From the NCBI GenBank assembly GCA_016748015.1, contig JAAOMT010000699.1:248001-312000 (forward strand): a stretch of 64,000 nucleotides of DNA. Direction: 5' to 3'. The notes beneath the pieces were generated by a model. The model was given only the letters and a program-made list of their open reading frames with translations, did no database searches and had not been told where the DNA came from. Source of the DNA: Geosiphon pyriformis uo1 (taxonomy: Eukaryota; Fungi; Glomeromycota). Below, in pieces: positions 25,755 through 39,162 of this stretch. A program made the position numbers and the translations under genes. Position 1 is the stretch's first letter; the number at the start of each line of letters is the position of its first letter.

Positions 25755-26598
25755 CACAACCCAACATTGCTCTATACCAAATCTATTTTATTTTTTCTGA
25801 AACGACGTAAAAAGATTTCTATTTAAAGATTCCTTAATAAGAACTTTTCAATCTTTTTTTTATTTCGCTAGTACAAAAAAGGATACAAAGTTCTACAATT
25901 AATTCTTGTGTATGTCACTTGCTACTCGTACCAAAGCAAAACCAATTCCTAAATCGATATAAGGACTCAAATGTGGAAATAGAAAAGACTCAGTTTCTTT
26001 CGATGATTAGCTGTTTGAAACGACTGCACAATTCTTAAGATCTTCTAAATATGTAAAGAAAAAACATGACGTTTAATCAGGTTGCGACACAAGAATTCGA
26101 ATTTGAGAATAGCTTCCAGAGAAAATTCGGAAAAGTTGTCATTTAAACTCTTGCTTCTTTGGTGTCAAATTTTAATGCCTTAAATTTATTTTATTTTCAA
26201 TCGAAATACTTGGCAAAAAGTTTAAAAGTAATTTTAATTTTAATATAATGTTTGGTTGCAAAATGTACATTTATTCAAAAAAAAAAACTATTTGTATTCA
26301 ATTTAATAAGATAAGAATTGTGGTTTTTAAAAAATTTATTATGATAATTTTTTTATGTTTTAATTCAAACATGTTGGTTAAAAAAAGGATTAAAATTGTG
26401 AGTATAAATGGAAATAGTGTTTGAAAGATGTTCTTTAGAAGTTTCCTTGAAGAGTTGACACAAAAAGAGACATTCAATTAAACATGCACAACTATTGATT
26501 CTTCCAATTCGGCTAAGAATCAAGAATTTTTGCAATGAATAATTATTAGGATAGACAGACTTGTTCCTGACAGAGGTATAGAGAATTTTACCTCGCAT
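25755..26598 (-). pseudogene. Possible decayed 7-TM GPCR paralogue
   Basis: Fragments in the expected order: IGRINSCACLI (TM1-like), LFPFILTI (cf. RFPFYLA), SISTF..YRFRNWFCFG (cf. AISTYLRVVRGYSFSFG), RFGIEQCW (cf. GFGPQKYW); many stops. Confidence 0.4.
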
Positions 26599-27459
26599 TT
26601 TTTTCAATTTCTATTTCTGATTCGTCTTTAATTCTTTTGACGTAAACCTCAAACTTTCAAAAATTTTAGTTAAAAAAATGGGTATTACGAATGATCATTT
26701 GACAACTTAATAATCACATAACGCTGGACATCAGTTGTCATAGTCTCCAAGAAAGACCCAGTTAAAGTTACTTTATGGTCGTATTATCATGAACCGATGT
26801 TTTCTAGAGCTGTCTGAAATACAATTTTGGAATTGCAATGCAAAACCATATTATCTACGACTATATTTGATCAATTACCATCACCTATCGCACATGCAGG
26901 AAGCTCAAATCAAATGGCGCCACTCTAGTTTTCCAAACCTGGTTAAAAAAAGTAATCCCAGCAAAATTATTTTATTTCCAAGGTTCCTAAACTACATTTA
27001 CCATGCAAAGGCGGCTTAAGAATATCCAATAATTGTTGAAATATATGTATTTGAGAATACACGTGGTGAAGTATCATAAAACTATAGTATTAAATTAGAG
27101 GCTAAAAAGGCAACGTTAATATGCGCGTGTGGATCAATTGATTTATTCAAAAGTATGTGCCAGTAATAAATGAATAAAACAGAAACAGTGTTATTCAATA
27201 AATTTTGCCAAATTACCATTAATCCGAAAAAGTAAAAATAAGTTGTTCATATGGGAAAAAATAAAATGGAAGAGAAAACTAAAGACTATGACTCTTTCTT
27301 TTTGAAATTTGTCGACTTTTTTTGTTTCTTTGAAAGTATAAATTTTCAATGCTCTTTTATCACTCTATTCTGAAAAATATATCAATTTTTTGATATATTA
27401 AATCCTGTAAAATCTCTGAATTACCGGAAACTCCCTCATTATCCGGTTCTATTTCATAG

Positions 27460-29392
27460 ATGCATAAAAATTCTCCAAAATTCAAATCATTTTTATTCTT
27501 CTTACCTATCCTGATTTTTAAGCTGGAGCCATCAACTGCTTTGCCAACAGTAACAAACAGCAACCTTAAACTCATACCAAACGATCCTTTTATAAGCAAA
27601 AATAAAATATCTAGTAGGAGTGCTATAATTACGACAGAAAACCAAAATCAAATTAATTCTACTAATATGAATGATACCACTTGGAGTCAAAAAGATAAAA
27701 GTAAAGAACCTGCTGAATCAATAAATAATGAAGCCAAATATAATAATACTAATAATATTAATAATAATATTCTCAACACGTTAAACGCAACTTTATCGAA
27801 TCTCGGAAATTTCGAACCCTCCCCAACCTTGGTCACAATTGCAAATCCTATAAAACAAAAACCTGTCACAAGCTCACCACTTGTTCAAACTCTCTTGATT
27901 ACTGAAATAAATATGCCCCAAGAAAAACCAATCCAAACTTCAAATATCCCCAATAAAAATTCAAAATCTACTCAAACAAAAAGTACAATTTTAATCGAAG
28001 AAACAGCAGAGCCTACTTTGTCAAAAAATGGACCTGTCAAAAGTCAACTGTATTATGGAAACCAATTTGGTGAATCTGCCGTGCGAGGCCAAGATTATCT
28101 TCAGTTTCTTATGATTATTATCGGTGGTTTATGCGCTACTTCGATATCACAAAGTTCGAATTTTTATATGCTGTATCGCATTGTGGGTAGGAATGGCTGG
28201 TACAATTCTTGGAATCAAAGGTATTTTTTATTTTGAATTAAAAGTAAATTTTCAAATTTCAAACTATATTCAGAAAAATTTACTTTTCATTGATTTATTG
28301 TTCCCCTAAAGATTTCCATTTTATCTAGCAGCACAAGATACCTTCCTCAGCTTAAACATGCTAACTGAATGGATTGAAATCCTCTCGACACAACATTTTC
28401 CTTCGCGTCTCGTTTGCCAGTTACAGGGTGGATTTCTAAACTTCGCAATTGCTTGGAACGTAATGCTAGTAACCTGTACTGCTTTAACAGCGTATATAAA
28501 AATTTATGAAGAACGACAAGTAAACTTTGGACGATGGGATTGGAAGTTTCATTTTGTTTGTTTGATTGTTCCTTCTGTCGGAGTTGGTGTTGGTGTCTTG
28601 AGTCATGCTTTTGGGACTAGTACCTACTGGTAAGAAAGAAATTGTTTTGTCACTTTCAAATAAAGGAAATAGTTTTTAAACCTAATTTCGTCTAAAGGTG
28701 TCAGATAAACGTTGCTTCGTTATCCGGTCGTATAAATATGTTATGCTTATGTGGCCTAATAACCTTGGGAACATTCATAACCGGCTACTGTTACTTCAAA
28801 GTGATCGCCAAGATTCAAGCATCTTTCACAAATTTACAATCGATGCGAAACTCGACAAAACCATTCTTACGGTCTACACTACCGAGCCCAAATTTTCAAA
28901 ATAATCAGCAAGCATCAGGCTCAATTTATTCTTTGGAAATGACAAAAAACCCAGCAGAAAATAAACAAAAGTCATTATTGCTTAACAAATGGAATATGAG
29001 AAAGGTAAAAGAAGAGCAGGGACATTTAAAGAGAACTAGTGATGGAGCTTTGGAAGGATTCATTAGTAATATCCAAGAAAAAGAGGGGCGGGTTCATGGA
29101 TGGGAAGATGAAGCTATCGATAAAATGTCTAGTTACATTTTTGTCTTTGTATGTCATTGGTGAGTCATTTTTTTGATTTAATAATTGACCAATAGATAAC
29201 TAAAGAAATAAGCTCACACAGTCCCAAAATTTTCTGGAAATTAGGGGGCCGAGCGTTTTAGCATATATTTTAATCTTTAACGGCTACGATAATATAGTAA
29301 GTAATACAATAATGGTCCTTTTCGTTCATCTTGGCGGTTTCTTTAACGCGATAGTTTATTTGCGTCAACATGGATATTTTAGTCCACGATGA
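27460..29392 (+). CDS. 7-TM GPCR-like protein G1 (cAMP-receptor/Git3-like) with signal peptide and long S/T/N/P-rich ectodomain
   Basis: Signal peptide FLFFLPILIFKLEPSTA; ~180-aa low-complexity stalk; TM1; RFPFYLAAQD; CQLQGGFLNF; FGRWDWK; FGTSTYW|C; long ICL3; KMSSYIFVFVCHW; GGFFNAIVY; GT-AG introns. Confidence 0.8.
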
Positions 29393-29462
29393 CGATTATG
29401 ATTAAAAGTCCGTCGGATATAAGATATTTGTGATATGCTTTTAAAATAGAATTAAAATAGAT

Positions 29463-29490
29463 ATTGATTGATTGATTGATTGATTGATTG
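29463..29490 (+). repeat. (ATTG)7 microsatellite between convergent GPCR genes
   Basis: attgattgattgattgattgattgattg. Confidence 0.9.
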
Positions 29491-29696
29491 GCTAACAATC
29501 TAAGATAGTTTTCTTTTCACCACCAAAAAATAAATCTTTTTTCCCTGTACAGCTAAAAGAGAAATTTATTGATTATCAAAATTTTTTTCTTATACTATGC
29601 AATAAAAATTTAAGAATTGGATTCTTCAAATTTTATTTATCATGGTAAATTCGAAAGATTACCTTCTAAAATTACTATCAGAACAGTCAATTAATT

Positions 29697-31423
29697 CTAT
29701 TTTTTAATGCTAATTTTCAAACTAGCTTTTGCAATCTCCATAATTTCTTCCAAGTCGATATTCTCGAAGTCATCATCATCATTATATGTCATTTCAGGGT
29801 CATATTCATCCCCGGACGGCCGAACTTTTCGTTCATCCAACGTGTATATTGACGGTGGTGATTGATGTGACGTTTGTTTACTTGAATCATAATTACCAAT
29901 TATAGTAGGAGATCCACCCCTATTAGGTAATTCCGAGATCCGATTCACTTTATCATACCATCCTTCATTTACCATATATTGAATTCCATTCAAAATACCA
30001 CCAAGTGGTAAAGAAAAAACAATAATATAATAAGTCCACGTTTCATGATATCCAAAGGCCGAAGGAATAAAGTATACCAATGCGGGTATCCATTGACATA
30101 GGAATATAAAGAGATAAGCTATTATTTTTTGTGCGACTTTCGCGCTACGATTTTCACCCATTTTAGAAAGTTCGATTGACTTTATTTTTCCGAGTAGACC
30201 AATATAGAAGTAGGAGGAAGACGAGAGCACGAGGAGATTCACCCCCATCAGAATCAATGGAATCGTGTAATTTTCTTGTGAAGTGTAACACCTAATCCGG
30301 GAAATTGGGAAGACATTATATGACGATCTCTGATTTTAAATAAATCAGTTTTTAAACTTTTTAATTACCAGAAACCATCAGCCCCAAAACTGTCCCACAT
30401 TGGAATATAAAATCCGCAAGGTATCAGAATAGCCTATATTAAAAGAAAATTAAAGAAAATTGAGATGAATCAGCTTAATAATTAAAATTTGGAGATCCAA
30501 GGACTCACCATGATCCAAATTTTATAATCAAAACGACCAAAATCAAAACTCAACGTCAAGTACACTATATTGATAGAAAAAATATTAATTATTTGAAATA
30601 TTAGCTACCAAAAAATTATGCATAAATGTCAATAAATTGATATAATTATTTTACCTCTCAACCACGTTGCAAGTGCTATCGTTCCTACCTTGGAGGTGGG
30701 ATAAAATATTGAAATTTAGGCACATTTAAACTTAATTTTTGAAATTAAATTTTAAAGATTAAAAATACAATTCACATACCAAAACCATATTTGAAATAAT
30801 TAGCCAATACATTGCACCACCAATTATTGTACAATATGGAGGATCCCATATTTCTTTTTTAAACGCGGGCATTGCCTTTGAAAATCAAAAATTATAATTA
30901 ATTAGAATACATCTTTATTGGAGCAATCAAAGAAAAAAAAACTTTATTTACTAAATTTATTGTTTCCACTAGATACAGGCCTAGCTCTGCAAAAAAAAAC
31001 ATTTTTCAAAATTTTAATTCTCAATTAATACATTAATACCTTAATAATCAAAACTTCATTCAAGCATTTTCTTATATGTTTACCAGGTAAAGCAATATAA
31101 AGTGGTAACTTATAGGCCATCGACAACGACTTTGATTGACTCTTCCACCGTGAAAAAATTCGGAAAAGAACATAACAAGAAATTACTCCATCAACTTGCA
31201 ATAATGACAGCCCAATCCAATATAATGGACGAATATTTTGTGGACCATGTTGGGTTATGTACCCTTTTTGGCTAATTTCTTGGAGGATTATTGGATGACC
31301 TGCATTTGTGTAGTGAGGTATTATTATTAAAGAGATAATTAAAATTAGGGGAAGGGTTAAAGATATAGATTTGATTGGGTTTAGATTTTGTTTTTGGCCC
31401 ATTTGCATTGCTCGTCTTATCAT
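29697..31423 (-). CDS. 7-TM GPCR-like protein G2 (cAMP-receptor/Git3-like), multi-exon
   Basis: N-terminal hydrophobic segment; KSLSMAYKLPLYIALP; CTIIGGAM; FGRFDYK; FGADGFW|C; KIIAYLFIFLCQWIP; GGILNGIQY; acidic C-tail. Confidence 0.85.
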
Positions 31424-33047
31424 AATAAATTTCTTTACTATTTTTGCTAGAAGAACTACGAGTCAATAAAAGATAAAGTAGGTGTCTACTCTAATGATGC
31501 AAAAACAATCAATGCTTTTGCTTTGAGTCAATCAAATTTAATTAAATTGTATGATCTAAAAATTAGAAAAAAAGACTGAGGAAAAGGCAAGCATGATATA
31601 AATGTATTTTTGGGATACGAAATATCGGATATTTCATTTTCGGGTAAATTTCAGCGGTGACAAGGTTGGGTTTTTGTGGAAAAATAAGTCCTCAGAGTGT
31701 GATAAAGCTAATAATATAAATATAATACTATTAAACGGAATAATATGTTTACTAGTTTTAACAAATTTTTTGTTCAACTGTTCACAAACGTTTCGAAACG
31801 AGGATGATATATTAAAATAGTTGCAAAAATTTAAATTCAAATCTACGAAAAAGTCTTTTATTACACCACCACTTTTAAATGAAGGAAGTGAATTGAATCA
31901 CATGTTTTTTTTACTACTTTCTTATCTTTTTCTGTAGATTGTGATAACAGATGTCACAAGAAGACCAATTTTTTTGAATTTCGTTAGGATTTTCGAGGGT
32001 ATTGATATTCAGCAGCCCGAGTATTTGTAAAAACATTTATAAATTTATTAGCGGACTTAATTTATTATCTAAGGATAAATTGGGTTTTGTACAGATTTGG
32101 GGTTTAGACCATACTTGAAATGAGATTCTTTAAAGAAATTTTTTCCAGACTCTCGTTCTATATCTTTGTGAATTTAGAATGTCCAAAAAAAATTAGTAAT
32201 TTAGTTTCAAATTAAAAAATTGAATGAAAAATGTATTTTTTCATAGTTTCTGGGGTTAAAAATCCCATTTTCAAGATTTAAAAAGTCGTCTCCTGCAAAA
32301 GCTAATAATTCTATCTGCTTAACAAAATAAATATGAATTTAGAATATAAAAAATACCTTAAAGCTTCATTGTGCCAAACAATTTATGTAAAGTACTGAAG
32401 CAATATCTTTGCCTTGAGCTTAAACAAAAAAATTATTTTTTACGAAAAATTTACCAGGTCATGTCAAACCTATACATACATATGGATTCTCTTGAACAAT
32501 GCTAAAATTTTCACAATGTTTTTCGGAAACTTCACTAATTCTATTCACTTGAAATATAATTAATATTTCGATATTAAATTAAAAAATTATTTTCACTCAA
32601 ATTGCTGTAAATATTAAAAAGACTTTTTATGGGTAATATACATGTATTAATTAAAAGAAAACGAAAATAGATTTCGCCTCATAAACATGTCTAAAACGTG
32701 TTTGCTGGCGACGATATATTCTCTTCAATTTTAGGGAGAAAGTTTTATGGTAACAAAAACGATTTTAATGGTGAACGAAAAAGTATATGAGCAAACATGC
32801 AACCTGTTTTGTAGATATAAAGGAAATTAAAAAGACCTTAGATTATGTTTCATGAATTTTATCTTATTTCCTTGTGATAAAACTAACCTTTTTGTTCATC
32901 AACAAGTTCGGCTAATCAAGGATTATTGTAATTTTAAATCTAAAAGATAAACTATCGATTATTTGAAACAAATATTGAAACTTAGTTATCAGTAATTTCT
33001 AAGATCGGGTAAATTGAAAATTTTCTCTTTCACAAAAATTTTAGAGA

Positions 33048-34424
33048 ATGGGGAACTTTTTATGGCATCAGCACTTTGTTAAAAAATGGAAAATAGTTTT
33101 AAAACATGTATTGCTGACAAATTTTGTGGTTTTTCTTTTGAATCCAGGTTAGCAAAAAACTTTTTAGTCCGCTAAAGTTACCCTGATTCATACAAATTAA
33201 TCCACACGATAAGTATACTTTATTAGGAAGTATCGATTCCCGTGATCTCCTAAATGAATTCACAATATTTCCGTCTTACAATAAGTCAGGCTTGGGGATG
33301 ATAAAACTTCCACTAATCTTTCCAGGTGGACAAAAAAGACCATGGGGATCTGACCTTCCTAAAGCTTCGTCTACAAGAATAATTGTTAAGGATCCCTTAA
33401 CAATTGAATTTCTCGGGGAAATGGCGATGTATGCACGTTCTGCCATTTGTGATCTGGATCCCAATAAGCTTGGTTTGTATTTTACCTCTTGTTGAAATTC
33501 ACGAGTTTATCCTGGATTAATTTTTTAAAAGAAAGTTTGAACCCCTTCAGCCGGTATCAAAGTGCAAAATCCTGCTGCTGGGGTTCGTCAAATAATTTCG
33601 TATTTTTCAGGTCCTGGAATGGTCCCAACTCACGAGGAATTCGAAGACCCTGTGATGAAGAAATACCCAGTGTCAAGAGCAGGGTTAGTGAACCATTATT
33701 GGTACACTCATTTTGAAAGAAAGAAGCCGGCATTCAAAGAGATGCTAAAAAGAAGTCTAAAACCTTCTGGAGTGATTAGTGAGGTTGTTTTTACAGGTTT
33801 TGGTTTGGGTGGGGGTAAGTATAAAATATAAACTATTTTTTCACCAAATTTTGAAAATTCTTAATTTAATTTATTAATATCTTTCAATAGTTTACGCAAT
33901 GTTTGCCGCATTAGAATTCAGCGACCAATACCCTACAATTTCTTCACAAGTTGTAACATTTGGTTCTCCGAGACCGGGGAATGCTGAATTTGTCCGATAC
34001 TTTAACTCAAGATTTCCTAATAATCTATATAGAGTCGTAAAGTTGTTTGATTTTGCTACATCTCTCCCACGTTTTCAGAAAGATTATCGACATCCCCACT
34101 TTGAATATTTGATCGTAGAGGAAAAAAATTGCGACTGTTATTACGAAAAATCAGCTCCATTTAAATTATTCAAGTGTTTACCTAATTGGAAAGGCGAGGA
34201 ATCGAATGTAAGTTATTTTTTCTTCGATTAAATACTTATTTTTATTACACATTAAATTTAAATTGGAAATTTTATATTACTTTTGGAATTTCTTCTCATT
34301 AATACAGAACTGCAATAAATTCAATATCCCCCATTTGTCACAAGACTGGTTAATAAGTTATAAAGCACATACAGGTCCTTACTTTGGAACCGAGATGAAA
34401 TGTGATTTAAAATCATTTGATTAG
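33048..34424 (+). CDS. Lipase_3-fold paralogue L3, Ser-to-Gly elbow, apparently intact (5 exons)
   Basis: MGNFLW..KIVLKHVLLTNFVVFLLNP; MYARSAIC; VVFTGFGLGG|VYAMFAAL (Gly GGT 33802-04); TFGSPRPGN; RVVKLFDFATSLP; YRHPHFEY; CDC; AHTGPYFG; stop TAG 34422-24; splices restore the frame. Confidence 0.85.
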
Positions 34425-36711
34425 TTGCCACCAGATTTTATTGCGAAAAATCACCGTCATAAAAATCAATCAAATATTTTAATGTGAACTTTGATTTACA
34501 TGTATCAACCATTGAATTAATGGGAAATTTAAAATCTAGTTAATAGATTATTAACTAATTATATTGAACCATTTACTTAAAATAGAAATTAATTTCTTGA
34601 CGAAACTTAAAAGAAAAAATAGCAAAATTTTTATTAATTGAATAATTATTACTATTATAGGTGATCAAGTAAATAATGCTAATATATCAATTTTCGAACA
34701 TATTTTTAAATTTCTTATCAAAATTAAATTTATTAAGAATTATACTTTTTAAATAAAGGTAAAACTTTAGTTTTAATAATATCACAAAAATCTCAAATTT
34801 TATTCTTCTTTTTTACAAAAAATAAAAATATAAAATATTAAAATCTGACAACCAAATATTTTCTCTGTTATACACTAACATATTATGAACAAAATTTTTA
34901 ATACATAAACCAGTCTTAACAGTATTTTTGAATAGTACAAGTAATTCAAAAAATCAATTCTTAAAAATAAAAGTCTTGACAATAATTATATAAATATATA
35001 TATTAATAGTAGCATTATGTAGTAATTAGAAAACAGATAAGCTTATAAGTAAATTGTTAGTTCAAATAATTCACTTATCAAAACAGTTTTCAATAACAAT
35101 TTTTTTTACAGTAGAATTGAAAGTACACACAAAAATGTGATTGGAATTCTCTTCAAAGAATTAATTAACAACTTAATAAGGTTTTGAAGCAGATTTTATG
35201 GCACCCAACTTAAAATCTGCAAATTCATTCACTTGTGAATAAAAAGCTTGCCAAAAATACCGTTAGAATTTACAAATGCCATTACAGAAGCCATTTTTTC
35301 CTTGTATTACACAGAAAAATTAAAAATAAATTTATTTTATTTAACTTAATTATATATTAACATTATATAATTATTAAGTTATTAATCAATTATATTAACA
35401 ATTGAATAACAAATGAAATAAAATAAAAATAATTATATATTAATTTTTGTGACAAGAAAATATAATTTTTTATATAATAATTAATAAACAAAAAAATTAT
35501 TTTTATATTACAAATATCAAAAAATGAAAATAAAAAATTATTTAATTAATAAAAAAAATGTAAAAAATTATTATTAATTATTTATTTTCTTTTAAAAATA
35601 ACGTTTAAAATACTTACTTTTGAATTCCTTTTAAATAAACTCAAAAACAAATAATATTTTATTTAATCATAACAGTAATAATAGTTTTTAACAATAATAT
35701 TTTTTTTATTTATCTTGCAAGACATTTGAAATTCATTAAAACACAATATTTAAATAAAATAGCTATAACTAATAAAGACAATAATACTTAAAAAATTTAT
35801 AAAAATTAAACCATTTATCAATTACATGGTTTTACAAAAAAAATTATACAGTCAATTATACAATAACTCTTTATTTATTAAGCAATTTTTAAAAACCAAT
35901 TTTTCAATATTTAAATGCAAAAGATTTTATTTATATCTCTATTTGCTTCATAGAAATAATTTAATTATTAATGTATCTGAAAAAATCAATGAACATACTT
36001 AATTTTATTCTACTTATTCTCTTGGCTCCCTTTCATATTGTTTCTTAGAAGGGTAAATTCTCGCAAAAGTTATTTACGTTAATTTAAAGCTTTGATTTAT
36101 ATGTGATTGTGGTATTATAAATGCATTGCCATCTGAAAACCCTTACTAAAAAAGCATTCAAATATAACACAAAAAGTACTTTATTTGCAGAAATAAGAAT
36201 TCTCAACTCGTGGTCACTACTCTGAATAAAACTTGGCAATCTAGGTAAAATCTAAGAATTCATTTGATCTTTACAAGATTTGTCGTCTTTTGCAATAAAA
36301 TCTTCATTTTTAAGTATAAGAAAAGATTGAGACTGCTATTATCTCATATTTAAGGGGTGACATAAGAATCCATCATTTTATCGTCTATTGAAAAAATCTC
36401 TAATCTTCTCTATATTGCGTGCGATGCTAAAATAATTTTATTTCATTCAGACTTCTTGAAAAAAATATTGGAAAACAGGCTCATATCTTGTTTTAAGCTT
36501 TGAAAAAAATTAAAAAATTGAATTTGGAATCTTTAAATTAGGGACGTAAAATTGAACTCTAAATATATAATATAAATGAGTTCTTAATACGAAGATTTTA
36601 ATATTTCAAGAGTTTGAATACTCTTTTCGTCGTTTAAAGGAATGGTATGCGTTTAGCTTACAATATGGTAAATCTAATAAGATTGTGTTTCGTTTAAACA
36701 TTTTTGGTAAG

Positions 36712-37906
36712 TTTTGTGATGGTAAAAATGGAAACAGAATATTAGGTAAGTGGCTGAGCTCTAAAAAAAAATTTTTGTGTATTAACTAATAGTTTTTTTA
36801 AAACTTGTCTTTGAAATGCTGACTTCAAAGCAAGAAATGCAATGGCAAGTCGTATTATATTTTTGGAAGCAAGGAATACGAAAGGCAAAAGAAGTACAGA
36901 ATAAAATGAATATGCCCCTTTCTACAATCTATAATATCCTCAAAAAACTCAAAATAAAAGGAACAATAAAGCATGCGGGTGGTAATAGTCGGCCAAGAAA
37001 GATTACGGGAAATGCTTCGAAAGTATTAGAGCAGATTATTCATAAAGATTTCTCAGTTTTCTCTAGATATTTAGCAATAAAGTTGGCTAAGAAGGGAATA
37101 AATATTTCTCATGTTACTATTCAAAACCATTTATCCTATCTTAATTATAAAAAAAGTCTTCCTAGAGCAACTCCAATACTGACCAAAGAGCATAAGTGAA
37201 AACATGTAGAATGGGCCAAAAAACACCTGAACAACGATTGGAAAAGAATAGTTTTTATTGACGAAACATCTTTTCAACTTTTTCAAAACACAGTAAAACA
37301 TTGGCATAAAAGTACTCAACCAATTCGTCCTATGCCTAAAGATCGAACAAAAATTCTTGCGTGAGAGGGTTTCTACGAAAAAGGAAAGACTAGTTTATTC
37401 TGTTTTGTTCAAATAATGAATGCTCAATTTTATATAAATATTCTTTGTAACCACTTACCTGAAATTAGAACAATGCTGGGGAATAATTAGCGATTCCAAC
37501 AAGATAATGACACCAAGCATACTAGCAAGCTTGCCAAAGAATTTATTGCTGAAAATACAACTGAATTGTTGGGGTGACTATCTAATAGTCCCGACTTAAA
37601 CCCAATAGAAAACCTTTGGGCTATTGTTAAAAAGAATGTAGAAAAAAGAATGCCTCAAAATCGTAGTGAATTAGAGAGATTTATGGCAAGATATTCCTGA
37701 ATCTACCTTAATTGGGTTAGTAAGATCAATGAGGCAGCTTTGTGAAATGATAATTGAGACAAATGGTAAAAGAATTTCCTATTAATTTTTTTTAATAAAA
37801 TTATAGGGTATTTTATTTTCTAATAATAGTTGTTTTATGTAATTTTTTACATTAGTTAAGACATAGTAATTATTTTTATGTTTCCAATTTTTTTATTACC
37901 AGACTG
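36712..37906 (+). mobile_element. Tc1/mariner (DD34E-type) transposon, inactivated
   Basis: HTH N-terminus; WKRIVFIDETSF; FQQDNDTKH; SPDLNPIENLWAIVK; right end ...ttattaccagactg|TA; left TIR degenerate; in-frame stops. Confidence 0.9.
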
Positions 37907-39162
37907 TATATCGCAAGTAAGACATCTTTGCTTCAACAGGTGTGAGGGAAATCTATTTTCTCACTTAGATTTGATGAAGACGATGAGTTTTATGGGACAC
38001 GTTCATTAAATTTGGTTTTTATCAAGATTTTGGAAATCATTGAAATAAGGTGTCATGGGAGGTCATTTGTAATTTTATTTTTGGGGGTGAAAATTTTCAT
38101 TCTGTAAAAAGTTCTCTAGGAACAAAAATAAGAATTATGATGTCAGTTTATTGATATTATAAACAAATGTTTGATAGATTTCATTCTAAACTAGCTAATT
38201 TTTTCATATGTATCTCTAATGAGATTGTCAATGTCCACGGGCTAATTTGTTTCAAGGGCATGTGGATCATAATAAAGAATCATTGAAAGATTTTTAGCCA
38301 AATTGATTATGGAAAAAACTAAGTAATGTTTGGTTTGGAACCAAAAAGCTTATTTTAGTTTGTTTAAATTATCTTTAACTCACATGGATAGTCAATATTT
38401 TTTAAAAGTTTACTGCTTTAGGTCAAATAACTTTATCTCATATGTCAATGCTGAATATCGTTAAAAATAATTCTTTATAATAATAAAAAATTTCATTTTA
38501 GTTTACACACAAAACCCTTAGTTTTGTAAACCTGGGGGTAAAATAAAGAAAATTTGAATACAAGTTAATATAAGTGGGATTTCTCTTAATTATTAATTAA
38601 AAACACAGGTATATTCAAGGTATGAAGATTCGTATATAATCATCAGTGAACTTTAATCTGACCTATCTATCTATCTCATATTCGATAATAAGCGATTTTA
38701 AATCTATCCTAACCAGAAAAACAGGCTTCTTGTTTAAATTCACGAATTGTTTTTGGATATTTGTAAATAATTTTGAGTTATGCAAATACAAAACTTGGAA
38801 AAAGAATACATAACATTAATATTAATTCGCTTTGTTATTTTTCTAGACCTGAAATATTCTCCCATAGAATCTTTAATTTGGATGAGAAAGTTCAAGAACA
38901 CAAATTTAGAAAATCTTAAAACAGATTATTTTCATATCATCTCCTCTGATTATATTGAACATTTGATTCTAATAATTAATTATCTAAATTCCCAATCTTT
39001 GCAACGGAAAAAGGGAAATGATACGTGATATGGATGTTGAATAGTTTATTCTGAAAATTTATAAAATATGGAATCAAAGTTAAATTTGTTAATCAAGCAT
39101 CTTCATATAGAAATAGTAAAAAATCTTCAAATGAAAGAACGACTTATTATTTTTCCTTCATT

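Noticed and set aside
36550-38100. Possible sixth lipase relic around the Tc1 element (DDEFYG, GFYQDF fragments)
   Set aside because: Matches are too short, and no elbow or PRxGN motif was found
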